DNA of 64,000 nucleotides from Candidatus Edwardsbacteria bacterium RifOxyA12_full_54_48 (lineage in GTDB: Bacteria; Edwardsbacteria; AC1; EtOH8): assembly GCA_001777915.1 (NCBI GenBank), contig MFFN01000007.1, forward strand, positions 4,807 through 68,806. Reading direction: 5' to 3'. Positions 36,544-46,189 of this stretch are shown here, in pieces. A program made the position numbers and the translations under genes. Position 1 is the stretch's first letter; the number at the start of each line of letters is the position of its first letter. The notes below the pieces were generated by a model. It was not told where the DNA came from, searched no databases, and saw nothing but the letters and a program-made list of their open reading frames with translations.

Positions 36544-36572
36544 TTGACAAATATGGACAAAATGAATAAAAT
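36544..36572 (+). promoter_or_regulatory. Sigma-70-type promoter (TTGACA, 17 bp, TAAAAT) preceded by an A-tract, upstream of the HTH gene and pil operon
   Basis: TTGACA at 36544-36549, 17-nt spacer, TAAAAT at 36567-36572. A-rich tract 'gagaaaaaataaaaaaaaataaaaaaataaaaaaag' at 36505-36540 is UP-element-like. Confidence 0.55.
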
Positions 36573-36638
36573 GTCTAAAGGTAGCTTTGTCTATAGTTAT
36601 ATATACTTACCGATACTTCATTCTTGAGCGAGGTAAAT

Positions 36639-36833
36639 ATGCCTGTATCCCCAAAAGAAATAGATTCCGGGAAATTATACACCGTCTCGGAGACTGCCAA
36701 GATCCTGGCGGTCACCGACCAGACGGTGCGCAAACATTTGGGCGTAAAAAATCTCCCGGGCAAAAAGGTCGGCCGGCGATGGCTGGTCAAGGGAAGCGAG
36801 ATCCAGAAATTTATTGGCGAATTGGGCTGGTAG
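36639..36833 (+). CDS. Excisionase/MerR-like helix-turn-helix DNA-binding protein
   Basis: 64 aa from the ATG at 36639. 'LYTVSETAKILAVTDQTVRKHL...GRRWLV' HTH pattern. Confidence 0.55.
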   Translation: MPVSPKEIDSGKLYTVSETAKILAVTDQTVRKHLGVKNLPGKKVGRRWLVKGSEIQKFIGELGW

Positions 36834-36892
36834 ATCGGTCTGATGAAAAATCAATTGGTTGATAATAACCGATAAAGTGAGGTAACCTCAAA

Positions 36893-37942
36893 ATGCTTTT
36901 TGGAAAAAAACCAGCCACCATAGGTTTGGACATAGGCAGCAGCCAGATAAAGATCGTCGAGATCCAGAAGACCGGCAAGGGGCTGTCGCTGGTCAATTAC
37001 GGGATCGCTCCGCTGCTGCCGGAGGCCATCGTCGAGGGCGAGATCATGGACCGGACCCTGGTGATAGACACCATCAGGACCCTTTTGGAGACCAGGCAGA
37101 TAAAAAGCAATAATGTGATAACTGCCGTCTCCGGCCGGGGCGTCATCGTCAAGCGGATCAATATGGACAAGATGAAGGAGCAGGAGGCCCGGGAGAGGAT
37201 CAAGTGGGAGGCCGAACAGCATGTGCCGTTCGAGATCTCCGATGTGGTGCTGGATTTCCAGATCATCAACCCCGATTCGGGCAACAACCAGATGGAAGTG
37301 CTGCTGGTGGCGGCCAGGAACGAGACGGTGAACGTCCATCTGGACCTGCTGTCCGGGGCCGGCTTGAACCCGATCCTGCTGGATTACGGGGCCTTTGCCG
37401 TGCAGAATGCCTTCGAGGCCAGTTACGAAATGCCGGCCGACGAGATCATAGCCCTGGTCAATATCGGGGCCGATAACACCAACATCAATTTTGTCAAGAA
37501 CGGCGTGCCCTATTTCACCCGGGACCTCCCCATGGCCAGCAACTCCTGCCTGCAACTGATGCAGAAGAACCTGGGGATCTCCTACGAGCAGGCCTCCGAG
37601 TTGATCAAGGGCGAGACGGTGTCCGACGTCAGCCAGGAATCGGCGGCCTCGGTGTTCCAGTCCTTCTCCGACGATTTTGCCTCCTCCATAGAGCGAACCC
37701 TCTCCTTCCTGGCCATGTCCGGCGGGGGAGAGAGGATGAGCCGGATATATATGTCGGGCGGCGGGGCCCTGATCCCGTCACTTCAGGATCATCTTAAGGA
37801 GAGGTTCGGGATCCCGGTGGAGATCATAAACCCGTTACAAAAGATCAGCTATGATCCGGGCCTGTTCGGAGCCGTAGCCAGCGAAAAGGTTTCCCCCATC
37901 TTGACCCTGGCCATCGGCCTGGGGCTTAGGGAGGTAAAATAA
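36893..37942 (+). CDS. pilM: Type IV pilus assembly ATPase-like protein PilM
   Basis: 'IGLDIGSSQIKIVEI' actin-like N-terminus; 349 aa. Confidence 0.85.
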   Translation: MLFGKKPATIGLDIGSSQIKIVEIQKTGKGLSLVNYGIAPLLPEAIVEGEIMDRTLVIDTIRTLLETRQIKSNNVITAVSGRGVIVKRINMDKMKEQEARERIKWEAEQHVPFEISDVVLDFQIINPDSGNNQMEVLLVAARNETVNVHLDLLSGAGLNPILLDYGAFAVQNAFEASYEMPADEIIALVNIGADNTNINFVKNGVPYFTRDLPMASNSCLQLMQKNLGISYEQASELIKGETVSDVSQESAASVFQSFSDDFASSIERTLSFLAMSGGGERMSRIYMSGGGALIPSLQDHLKERFGIPVEIINPLQKISYDPGLFGAVASEKVSPILTLAIGLGLREVK

Positions 37943-38592
37943 TGATACAGATTAATTTAATCCGGGATCGCAAGGTAGAGAGAGTGGCCGGTGCCAAACC
38001 GGCCGGAGCCGGACGCAGCTTTTCATTACCCAAGCTTCCTTTCAATGTCGGCATCTTGGCCAGCGTTCTGGGGGTGGTCATTGTGCTGGTGGTCATGGTT
38101 TTGACCATGATCTCGCAGAAGGCCAAGATAGCCAACCTGGAATCCAAGATCAAGGGTTATAATGAAGAACTTGCAAAGCTGGCCGGTCCCAAGCGGCTGG
38201 TGGATGATTATCTTAAAAAGCAGGCCGAGGTGAACACCAAGCTTAACGAAATAGCCTCCATCGACAAAACCCGGTTCTATACCGTCACTTTGTTGGATCA
38301 ATTGAGCCAGGCCCTGCCGGATTATCTCTGGCTTACCAGCATGAAGGATGACAAGGATTTGATCTCCATGGAAGGAATGACCTTCTCCAACCTTATCGTG
38401 GCTGATTTCATGGACCGCCTCAAGGGTTCGGGATATTTTTCAAATGTTGAATTAACCCAAACCACCAAAGCCACCAGCGAGGGGCGCGATCTGGTGAAAT
38501 TCTCCATCACTTCAAGATACACCGAGAACCCGAGCAAACCCGTCAGCCCTGGGGAAACGACTGGCCAAACAGCCGGAAAGGGGTCAAAATGA
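37942..38592 (+). CDS. pilN: Type IV pilus assembly protein PilN
   Basis: 'MIQINLI' N-terminus, single TM helix, coiled-coil; adjacent to pilM. Confidence 0.75.
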   Translation: MIQINLIRDRKVERVAGAKPAGAGRSFSLPKLPFNVGILASVLGVVIVLVVMVLTMISQKAKIANLESKIKGYNEELAKLAGPKRLVDDYLKKQAEVNTKLNEIASIDKTRFYTVTLLDQLSQALPDYLWLTSMKDDKDLISMEGMTFSNLIVADFMDRLKGSGYFSNVELTQTTKATSEGRDLVKFSITSRYTENPSKPVSPGETTGQTAGKGSK

Positions 38593-39188
38593 GCCTAGAT
38601 ATCAAAGATCCCAAGATACAAATAACCATCGGCTTGATACTCTTCGGGCTGATTCTAGCCGGGTTATTCTTCAAGTTCAGCTATCAGCCTTCTCAAAAAA
38701 GAATTCAAGGGCTTTCTGTCGAGGAGGCCAAGCAGCGTCAGGAGCTTGAGCAGGTCCGGGCCGCCGTGGCCAGGCTCCCCGAATTGGAGGAGCAGTACAA
38801 GGCCCTGGAGAAAAAATGGGGAAAGGCTCAGGAGTTGCTGCCCACCGATAGCGAAATTCCCAGCCTGCTTAAAAAGATCACCAATGCCGGGATCGAATCA
38901 GGGGTAAGGTTCCTGGTTTTCAAGCCGGGGAAACTGGCCTCAGCCACCCAGCTTTCAGCGGCCATCCCGGTCACCATGTCGGTAATCGGCAATTTTGATC
39001 AGATAACCACCTTTATGGCCAAGCTGGGTAATTTGTCAAGAATTATAATTTCGTCAAATATAAAAATCAATCCTAATAATGATCCGATACGTACCATTAA
39101 AGCCGATTTCACGGCCAATGCTTACGTATTCAAATCAGGAGGAGATCAAGCCAGTGCAAAAGCTAAAACTTCTCGCAAACCCAGGTAG
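38589..39188 (+). CDS. pilO: Type IV pilus assembly protein PilO
   Basis: Single N-terminal TM helix plus coiled-coil; operon position between pilN and pilP. Confidence 0.65.
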   Translation: MSLDIKDPKIQITIGLILFGLILAGLFFKFSYQPSQKRIQGLSVEEAKQRQELEQVRAAVARLPELEEQYKALEKKWGKAQELLPTDSEIPSLLKKITNAGIESGVRFLVFKPGKLASATQLSAAIPVTMSVIGNFDQITTFMAKLGNLSRIIISSNIKINPNNDPIRTIKADFTANAYVFKSGGDQASAKAKTSRKPR

Positions 39189-39636
39189 CCTTTTAATTAT
39201 CGTTTTGGCCCTGGCGTCTGTCGGCTATGCCGCAGACCCTCCAGCGGCTACCGGGACGATAGACCTGAAGGCGGCCGGTGAGGATACTCTTTTTAGAGCC
39301 CAGAACTATGTTTATGAACCAGCCGGACGAAGGGATCCTTTTAAATCCCTGGTCCAGAAAAAGGGCGAGGGTTCGGGGGTTACGGATGTCAGCACTCTGG
39401 ATGTGAGCAACATGACCCTCACCGGCATCATCTGGGGGCCTTCGGGAAGACTGGCTTTGATTAATGACACACAAGGCGTAGGTTATATAATCAAACCCGG
39501 GGACCAGGTGATCGGCGGAAAGGTTTTTGCCATAACCGACTCTTCGGTGGTCTTCGAACAGGGCGATCCAGGAAGCACGGTAAAGTTTGTTGTTCCGTTA
39601 ACTGAAAGTAAAAGCAAAGGGAGCAAAAGAAAATGA
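39154..39636 (+). CDS. pilP: Type IV pilus assembly lipoprotein PilP (start uncertain)
   Basis: GTG at 39154 with AGGAGGA 10 nt upstream; signal peptide 'LLIIVLALASVGYA'; operon position before pilQ. Confidence 0.5.
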   Translation: MQKLKLLANPGSLLIIVLALASVGYAADPPAATGTIDLKAAGEDTLFRAQNYVYEPAGRRDPFKSLVQKKGEGSGVTDVSTLDVSNMTLTGIIWGPSGRLALINDTQGVGYIIKPGDQVIGGKVFAITDSSVVFEQGDPGSTVKFVVPLTESKSKGSKRK

Positions 39637-41585
39637 GCTATCATAGAAGCAACAAAATGCTGCCGTTGGCCGTTGCGGCTCTGCTGTCAGTATTTTCCCT
39701 GGCCAATGCAGCCAAAGTGCTGGATATTGCGGTCAAGAAATCCGAAGGGGTCACCCAGGTGGTGATCACCGGGGACGATATCCTTGATTCCAAGGATTTC
39801 ACCCTCAGCAATCCCGACCGGCTGGTGGTTGACATCAAGGGAGCCAGCATTGCCTTCGGCAATAAGACCATGACCGTCAACAAGGGCGGCATCACCACCA
39901 TCAGCACCAGCCAGTTCGACCGGGAGGGAGGGATCGCCAGGATCGTGATAGAGATGGGCATAAAGCCCAACTATCTGCTGATGACCGAAGAGAATGACAT
40001 CATTGTTGCCCTGACCACCAAAGACACCTCTCCCTTTGCCGAATGGAAGGCTAGCGCCGCTCCATCAGAGATGGCTGCAACGACTGCCCCCCAGACCATG
40101 GTGCCGCCCAGCATGCCGGCTCCGCCGCCTCCGATGGTTGAGGAAACACCCGCCGCTCCGGTGGTGCCGGTGACCTCCACGCCGGCTCCCTCAACGCCCA
40201 CTCTGGTGATGGAAGAACAGCCGGCGGCCCCGGTGGTGCCGATGACTTCTACGCCGTCCGCACCCAGCACCCCTCCTCCGGTTATAGAGGAAGTGCCGGC
40301 TGCTCCGATCTACGCGGCAGCGCCCACCCCTCCGGAGAAAATGGCCCTTCCTGCAACGCCGATTCAGCCCAAGGCCGCCTATGTCGAACCGCAAAAGCCA
40401 AGATACCGTTCGGCCTCCTCCGGCGGCTTGTCGGGCGGCAGGTCTGTCTCCATGGAATTGGAGAATGCTGACGTTATAACTGTTTTAAGGGCCATGGCCG
40501 AATACAGCGGCAAAAACCTGATCGTGGGCAACGATGTCAAGGGTTCGGTCAGCATGAGGCTGCATAACGTTCCCTGGGCCCGGGCCTTTGAGGAGATAGT
40601 CAAGGCTGCGGGGTTGGTGGTCGAGGAATCGGGCGGCATCATCAGGGTAATGAGCCCCAAACAGGCTACCGAAAACATGCGAATGAGAGAGCAGGGGCAG
40701 GAACTGGTCACTGTGGTATATCCCATAGAGTTTGCGGTAGCAAATGAGATCACCGGGTCCTTAAACAAGATCCTAAGCTCCCGGGGTTCCATCCAGGTTG
40801 ACAAGCGCACCAATTCTCTGGTGATCAACGAAGTGTCCTTCAAGCAGACCGAGATAGCCGAACTGATCAGATTGTTGGATACTGCCACCCAGCAGGTGGA
40901 GATCATGGCCCGGATCGTGGATGTGGATATGGACGTGACCAAGGATCTGGGGATCAACTGGAACGTCTCCAATATCGCCAGCTATGATGCCAATGCCGAG
41001 TTGCAGAACGCCAGCGTTCCCCAGCTACTGCCGGCTGGCACCAGGCCATCGATGACAGTGGGGACCATCCGCTCCTTCGCCCAGATATCGGCCACCCTGT
41101 CGGTACTGGAGGCCAAGCGCAAAGCCAACACCATCTCCAATCCCCGGATCACCACGGTCAATAATAAAGAGGCCAAGATAGTGGGCGGTAAGAAGATACC
41201 GATCTCCCTAAGGGACGAAAGCGGCAACACCGTCACCCAGATGTACACCATCGGCATGGTGCTGACCACCACCCCCCATATCAATTCCTCGGAAAATGTG
41301 ACCCTGGATGTCAAGACCGAGATCAGCGACCTGGATCCCACGGCCACCATCTTGGGCGGTGTGGTGATACTGACCAACGAGGCCAGCACCCAGATAGTGC
41401 TGAACGACGGGGAGACGGCAGTGATCGGCGGATTGTTGCAGACCAAGGCCGGCAAATCCCAGAGCGGCATTCCCATTCTGATGGATATCCCGTTCATCGG
41501 CGCCCTGTTCAGATCTACCACCACCTCAACCGCCAAGCGTGAGATCCTGATATTCCTGACGCCCCATATTATAAAATCAAAATAA
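39633..41585 (+). CDS. pilQ: Type IV pilus secretin PilQ (AMIN-like N-terminus, Pro-rich linker, secretin domain)
   Basis: C-terminal secretin signature 'GETAVIGGLLQTKAGKSQSGIPILMDIPFIGALF...REILIFLTPHII'. Confidence 0.85.
   Translation: MSYHRSNKMLPLAVAALLSVFSLANAAKVLDIAVKKSEGVTQVVITGDDILDSKDFTLSNPDRLVVDIKGASIAFGNKTMTVNKGGITTISTSQFDREGGIARIVIEMGIKPNYLLMTEENDIIVALTTKDTSPFAEWKASAAPSEMAATTAPQTMVPPSMPAPPPPMVEETPAAPVVPVTSTPAPSTPTLVMEEQPAAPVVPMTSTPSAPSTPPPVIEEVPAAPIYAAAPTPPEKMALPATPIQPKAAYVEPQKPRYRSASSGGLSGGRSVSMELENADVITVLRAMAEYSGKNLIVGNDVKGSVSMRLHNVPWARAFEEIVKAAGLVVEESGGIIRVMSPKQATENMRMREQGQELVTVVYPIEFAVANEITGSLNKILSSRGSIQVDKRTNSLVINEVSFKQTEIAELIRLLDTATQQVEIMARIVDVDMDVTKDLGINWNVSNIASYDANAELQNASVPQLLPAGTRPSMTVGTIRSFAQISATLSVLEAKRKANTISNPRITTVNNKEAKIVGGKKIPISLRDESGNTVTQMYTIGMVLTTTPHINSSENVTLDVKTEISDLDPTATILGGVVILTNEASTQIVLNDGETAVIGGLLQTKAGKSQSGIPILMDIPFIGALFRSTTTSTAKREILIFLTPHIIKSK
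40132..40310 (+). repeat. Tandem ~75-bp repeats encoding the Pro/Ala/Thr-rich linker of PilQ
   Basis: Units translate to 'MVEETPAAPVVPVTSTPAPSTPTLV' / 'MEEQPAAPVVPMTSTPSAPSTPPPV' / 'IEEVPAAPI'. Confidence 0.7.
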
Positions 41586-41599
41586 CAGCCCAGAGCCTA

Positions 41600-41637
41600 A
41601 AAAAGAATCGTCCCGAACTGCTTCGGGACGATTCTTT
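41600..41637. terminator. Bidirectional terminator between pilQ and rpsT
   Basis: Perfect 17-bp stem 'aaaagaatcgtcccgaa-ctg-cttcgggacgattctttt'. Confidence 0.7.
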
Positions 41638-41655
41638 TATGAAATATAGATATGT

Positions 41656-41931
41656 TTATTCGGGCTGCTTTTTATTTACGGTCTTGGCCAAACGCGATTT
41701 CTGGCGGGCGGCGGTTCTTTTATGGATGGTGCCTTTCTTGGCGGCCAGATCTATCTCTGAATAGGCCGTTGACAGCAATTCGGGGGTTTTTCCCTCAACC
41801 TTGAATTTCTTGACCACCTTGCGCATCTTGGATTTTACGGCCGAGTTGCTTTTTCTGCGGGCCAAAGCCTGGCGGGCTCTTTTTGTAACCGAACTTTTTT
41901 TCTTCTTAACCACCTTTTTGATCTCTGCCAC
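41656..41931 (-). CDS. rpsT: 30S ribosomal protein S20
   Basis: 91 aa, basic. 'KSAVKRARQALARR'-like N-terminus ('SVTKRARQALARRKSNSAVKSKMRK'). Confidence 0.9.
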   Translation of the reverse strand: MAEIKKVVKKKKSSVTKRARQALARRKSNSAVKSKMRKVVKKFKVEGKTPELLSTAYSEIDLAAKKGTIHKRTAARQKSRLAKTVNKKQPE

Positions 41932-42066
41932 TTTAATTCCTCCAAATTTTATATGTTGTTGATAATTTTATGCTTTACAAACATATAAAAATATCATATC
42001 ATTCATATAAAAGTCAAGCATTATATTTAAAATACAACCGGAAGCGAAAATTAAAGGACATGCTTA

Positions 42067-42780
42067 ATGGATAGAAATGAAGCCAAAAGGGTGATTGAGG
42101 CCCTGCTATTCGCCACCGATACGCCGATAGCTCCGTCAAAATTAAAGTCCCTGCTGGGGGAGTTGGACCAAAAAATACTTCGGCAGCTGATGACCGAGCT
42201 TAAGGTTGAATACGAGCGCGACGGCCATAGCTTTTCCCTGGTGGAGGTGGCCGGCGGATTTCAGATATATACCCGCCCGGAATACGCCAAATGGGTTCAG
42301 GAACTTTTCCGGGGCAAAAGGGCCTCCCGGCTGACGGCGGCGGCTCTGGAGACGCTGGCCATCATAGCCTACAAACAACCCATTATCAGGGGGGATATAG
42401 AGGCTATCCGCGGGGTCAATGTCGACGGGGTGATGTCCACCCTGGCCGAGCGCAATTTGGTGGCGGTGGTGGGCCGTGACGAGCGTCCCGGGAAGCCGAT
42501 ATTGTACGGCACCACCCCGGAGTTCCTGCGGTATTTCGGCCTGGCCACCCTCTCGGACCTGCCAAAAATAGAGGAATTGGAAGAATATCTGAAGGAAAAA
42601 GAAGAGGAGCGGGAAAAGATAGATCAGGAGATAGACGCCGAACTGAGGAAGGACCAGATCCCGAACCACGGGGTGCAGGAGGAAGTGGCCTTCGATAAGA
42701 CGGAAGGGGGTCAGGAGCCGGTGCCGGATGAACCCATCCAGCAGGATACTATTCCCGGCCCGGCCGACCCCGTTGAATAG
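42067..42780 (+). CDS. scpB: Segregation and condensation protein B
   Basis: 'IEALLFATDTPIAPSKLKSLL' and winged-helix repeats; acidic C-terminus. Confidence 0.85.
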   Translation: MDRNEAKRVIEALLFATDTPIAPSKLKSLLGELDQKILRQLMTELKVEYERDGHSFSLVEVAGGFQIYTRPEYAKWVQELFRGKRASRLTAAALETLAIIAYKQPIIRGDIEAIRGVNVDGVMSTLAERNLVAVVGRDERPGKPILYGTTPEFLRYFGLATLSDLPKIEELEEYLKEKEEEREKIDQEIDAELRKDQIPNHGVQEEVAFDKTEGGQEPVPDEPIQQDTIPGPADPVE

Positions 42781-42805
42781 CTGCCCAAGGGGGCTAGATC
42801 ACCAG

Positions 42806-43612
42806 TTAGGTCCGTTTGTCGAGGATAGCCAGTTTCTTTAGTTTTGACGGGGAGCCCTCTTCCACGGCGCAGTCCAAATCATGAATGCGGAATTTTTCCC
42901 CGGGCAGGGGTATCCGTTGCAGTTTTTCCAGAATATATCCCGCTAGCGTATGGGCCTGGCTTTCCATGTTTAGTTTGAACAACTCCTGAAATTTGTCCAA
43001 AGGGATACCGGCGTCCACCAGGTAATGGCCATTCTCCATCAGCCGGTATTGTCGGAGCTCCACATTATACTCGTCATAAAGCTCCCCGACTATTTGTTCC
43101 ACCAGGTCCTCGGTGGTTATCATCCCCGACGGGATGCCGTACTCATCTATGGTGATGGCGATCGAGATATTGCGTTTTTGGAATTCCGACAGGGCCTGGG
43201 CCACTTTCATAGTCTGGGGAAAATAATTGGGCAGACGAATGAATTCCACGGCCCTTATATTTTTGGCCGAACGATGCCAGAAACGCAACAACTCTTTTAC
43301 GTGTATGATCCCGATGATATTATCCTGATCGGTGTCATATACCGGAAGGCGCGAGAAACCCCATTGTAAAAACGCGTCCACGATCTGGCCCATGGTGGCC
43401 GAGGCTTCCAGGCACACCATCTGCGATTTTGGTATCATGATAGAGGATATCGGGGTATCGGCCAGGTTCAGTATCCTCCGCATCATGGACCCCTCCTCCT
43501 TGGAGAGGACCTGATGCTGCATGGCGCGGGTCAGCAGGGCCTGCAGTTGATGGTGGGACAGCTCCGGCTGGCGCTTGAAATATTTATGTATGATCTTTAG
43601 AATATCAGACAT
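42806..43612 (-). CDS. CBS-pair protein with CorC/HlyC transporter-associated C-terminal domain
   Basis: Two CBS-like segments; 'TTEDLVEQIVGELYDE' typical of the CorC/HlyC family. Confidence 0.75.
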   Translation of the reverse strand: MSDILKIIHKYFKRQPELSHHQLQALLTRAMQHQVLSKEEGSMMRRILNLADTPISSIMIPKSQMVCLEASATMGQIVDAFLQWGFSRLPVYDTDQDNIIGIIHVKELLRFWHRSAKNIRAVEFIRLPNYFPQTMKVAQALSEFQKRNISIAITIDEYGIPSGMITTEDLVEQIVGELYDEYNVELRQYRLMENGHYLVDAGIPLDKFQELFKLNMESQAHTLAGYILEKLQRIPLPGEKFRIHDLDCAVEEGSPSKLKKLAILDKRT

Positions 43613-44261
43613 CTTGGTCCAGGGAGGTTAGTATTTTCAGCCCCTGAGGCGAGACCATGCCCCCCGAAACTATTAATTTTATGGCTTCCTCCACGGTAAG
43701 GCTTACCCGGAACAGCCGCTTCAGGGGAACGACCATCACCCGGCCTCCGGTGGGATTGGGGGTGTTGGGCAGGTAAACCGAGTAACCCTTTTGATCCTGC
43801 TGCATATCCCACAGGACCTCCGAGGTGAGAAAGCCCAAGGCATAGGTGCCGGGGCGGGGGTACTCCACCGCCACCACTTCACGGAAGGCATATTTGTTGG
43901 TGAAGAAATTATCGGTGAACTGCCGGGTGGTGCCGTAGATTATTCTGACCAGGGGGATCCTGGTCAGAATATTCTCCCAGAACCTCAATAGGCGCCTTCC
44001 CAGCAGGTGCGAGGCCAGCAGGCCCACCAGGTAGATCAGGCCGACCAATAAAATAAAACCGATGCCCCAGCGGGCGATCTGGGGAAGGGTCTGGAGATAG
44101 GGGATGTAGATCAGCAGTTCGCCGAACAACCGCCCGCTCCATTTGAACAGCTGCCAGCAGAGATAGGCGGTCAGCCCCACCGGCAGTATGGCCACCAGGC
44201 CGGCCAGGAAGTTGTTCTTGAAACGGCCCTGGGCCGTTTTGGGCGGTGATAAAATATCCAT
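43605..44261 (-). CDS. DUF502-family membrane protein
   Basis: 'FLAGLVAILPVGLTAYLCWQLF' N-terminal membrane anchor pattern typical of DUF502 proteins. Confidence 0.6.
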   Translation of the reverse strand: MDILSPPKTAQGRFKNNFLAGLVAILPVGLTAYLCWQLFKWSGRLFGELLIYIPYLQTLPQIARWGIGFILLVGLIYLVGLLASHLLGRRLLRFWENILTRIPLVRIIYGTTRQFTDNFFTNKYAFREVVAVEYPRPGTYALGFLTSEVLWDMQQDQKGYSVYLPNTPNPTGGRVMVVPLKRLFRVSLTVEEAIKLIVSGGMVSPQGLKILTSLDQDV

Positions 44262-44304
44262 ATCTCAAAAATATCATAAAAAATCAATAAGGTCAAGAAA
44301 TATT

Positions 44305-46170
44305 ATGCGTCTTTATCTGCGGTTGTTGAGCTACCTGGGGCCCTACAAAAAACAGTTCGCCCTGTCCATTGTCTGCATGATGTTCCTGGCCCTGTTCTCG
44401 GGGGCTTCGCTGGGGGTGATCGCCCCGTTCATGAAGGTGCTGTTCCTCCAGCCGGAGCAGGCCGCCCAGCAGACGGCAAAGATAGGCTTTCCCTCGGGCT
44501 TTAGCGGTTCATTGGAGCAGATCAAGAACTGGTTCCTGTGGTGGCTGACCAGCGGGGGCCGGATCTCCGGGATAGCCAAGCTGTGCTGGATAATACTGGC
44601 GGTGTTCTTTGTCAAGAACCTGTTCAACTACCTGCAGCGCCTGCTGACGGTGCATATCGAGCAGCACATCACCATGGACATCCGCAACCAGATGTACGGC
44701 CACCTCCAGCAGCTGTCGCTGGGCTATTTCCAGCGCAACAAGGTGGGGCAGGTGGTCTCCCGGCTGACCAACGACGTCAACATGGTGCGGGGAGCCATCA
44801 CCGAGGGGTCGCTGTCCATCGTCAGGCAGTCTCTCCAGGTGCTGGTCTATCTGGCCATCGTGATTATCGCGGCCTGGAAACTGTCGCTGATCGCCATGCT
44901 GGTGCTGCCCGGCTGCCTGCTGCTGATCACCCTCATCGGACGGCGCCTGAGGAAAAGGGGCCGGCAGCTGCAGGAGAGGATAGCCGACCTGACCGCGGTG
45001 GTGACCGAGACCATCGCCGGGATCCGCCTGGTGAAGACCTTTGCCGCCGAGGAATACGAGAAGCAGAAATTCACCAGATACAACCGGGATTATTACCGGA
45101 CTATCTTCCGTTTCGAGACCATGTCCGCCCTGTCCTCTCCCCTGACCGAATATCTGGGGGCGGCGGTGGGGGTGCTGATCATCTGGGTGGCCAAGGATTA
45201 CATCGCCGGAGCCGACGCCCTCAGTCCCGAAAGGTTCTTCGTGTTCCTGGCGGCGGCCTTCTCCATGATCCAGCCGCTCAACGGGCTGGCCAGCGTCAAC
45301 TCCACGGTGCAGCAGGGCCTGGCGGCCTCGGAGAGGATCTTCGGCCTGCTGGACCAGGCCCCGGAGGTCATCGATCAGCCCGGAGCCGCCGTGGTGGATG
45401 AATTCCGCCAATCCATAAAATTCAGGCAGATGGATTTTGCCTACAGCCCCCATCCGGCCATCGCCCCGGAAACAGCCGGGCAGTCCCCGGAGCTGGTCCT
45501 CAGGGGCATCGACCTGGAGATCATGCGGGGGGAGATGCTGGCCCTGGTGGGGCCGTCGGGGGCCGGCAAATCCACCCTGGTGGATCTGATCCCGCGGTTC
45601 TACGATCCGGTCAAAGGGGCGATCTACCTGGATGGAAAGAATCTGCGGGAGCTGGACTCGAAATCGCTGCGCCAGCTGATGGGCATCGTGGGCCAGGAGA
45701 CCATTCTGTTCCACGACACCATATTCAACAATATCGCCTACGGCAAGCGGGATGCCACCCAGCAGCAGGTGGAGGAGGCCGCCAAGGCCGCCAACGCCCA
45801 TGAATTTGTATCCCAGATGCCGGAGGGCTACCAGACCGTCATCGGGGAGCGGGGGGTCAGGCTCTCGGGCGGGGAACGCCAGCGGATATCCATCGCCCGG
45901 GCCATCCTGAAGAACCCGCCCATCCTGATATTCGACGAGGCCACCTCGGCCCTGGACGCCCATTCGGAGGTGCTGGTGCAGCAGGCCATCGACCGTCTGA
46001 TGTCCAACCGCACCGCCATAGTGATAGCCCACCGGCTGTCCACCGTCCAGCGGGCCGACCGGATAGTGGTGCTGGACCAGGGGCGGATCATGGAGATGGG
46101 GAAACACCAGAAATTGCTGGAAAAACGGGGCCTGTACTGGAAACTTTACAATATCCAATTCAACAAATAG
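44305..46170 (+). CDS. ABC transporter permease/ATP-binding protein, MsbA-like exporter
   Basis: Six TM helices, then an ABC domain with 'GPSGAGKSTL' (Walker A), 'LSGGERQRISIARAIL' (signature) and 'ILIFDEATSALD' (Walker B). ATG at 44305 chosen to avoid overlap with the convergent gene. Confidence 0.85.
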   Translation: MRLYLRLLSYLGPYKKQFALSIVCMMFLALFSGASLGVIAPFMKVLFLQPEQAAQQTAKIGFPSGFSGSLEQIKNWFLWWLTSGGRISGIAKLCWIILAVFFVKNLFNYLQRLLTVHIEQHITMDIRNQMYGHLQQLSLGYFQRNKVGQVVSRLTNDVNMVRGAITEGSLSIVRQSLQVLVYLAIVIIAAWKLSLIAMLVLPGCLLLITLIGRRLRKRGRQLQERIADLTAVVTETIAGIRLVKTFAAEEYEKQKFTRYNRDYYRTIFRFETMSALSSPLTEYLGAAVGVLIIWVAKDYIAGADALSPERFFVFLAAAFSMIQPLNGLASVNSTVQQGLAASERIFGLLDQAPEVIDQPGAAVVDEFRQSIKFRQMDFAYSPHPAIAPETAGQSPELVLRGIDLEIMRGEMLALVGPSGAGKSTLVDLIPRFYDPVKGAIYLDGKNLRELDSKSLRQLMGIVGQETILFHDTIFNNIAYGKRDATQQQVEEAAKAANAHEFVSQMPEGYQTVIGERGVRLSGGERQRISIARAILKNPPILIFDEATSALDAHSEVLVQQAIDRLMSNRTAIVIAHRLSTVQRADRIVVLDQGRIMEMGKHQKLLEKRGLYWKLYNIQFNK

Positions 46171-46189
46171 GAGGCCAGCCAATAGCGAT

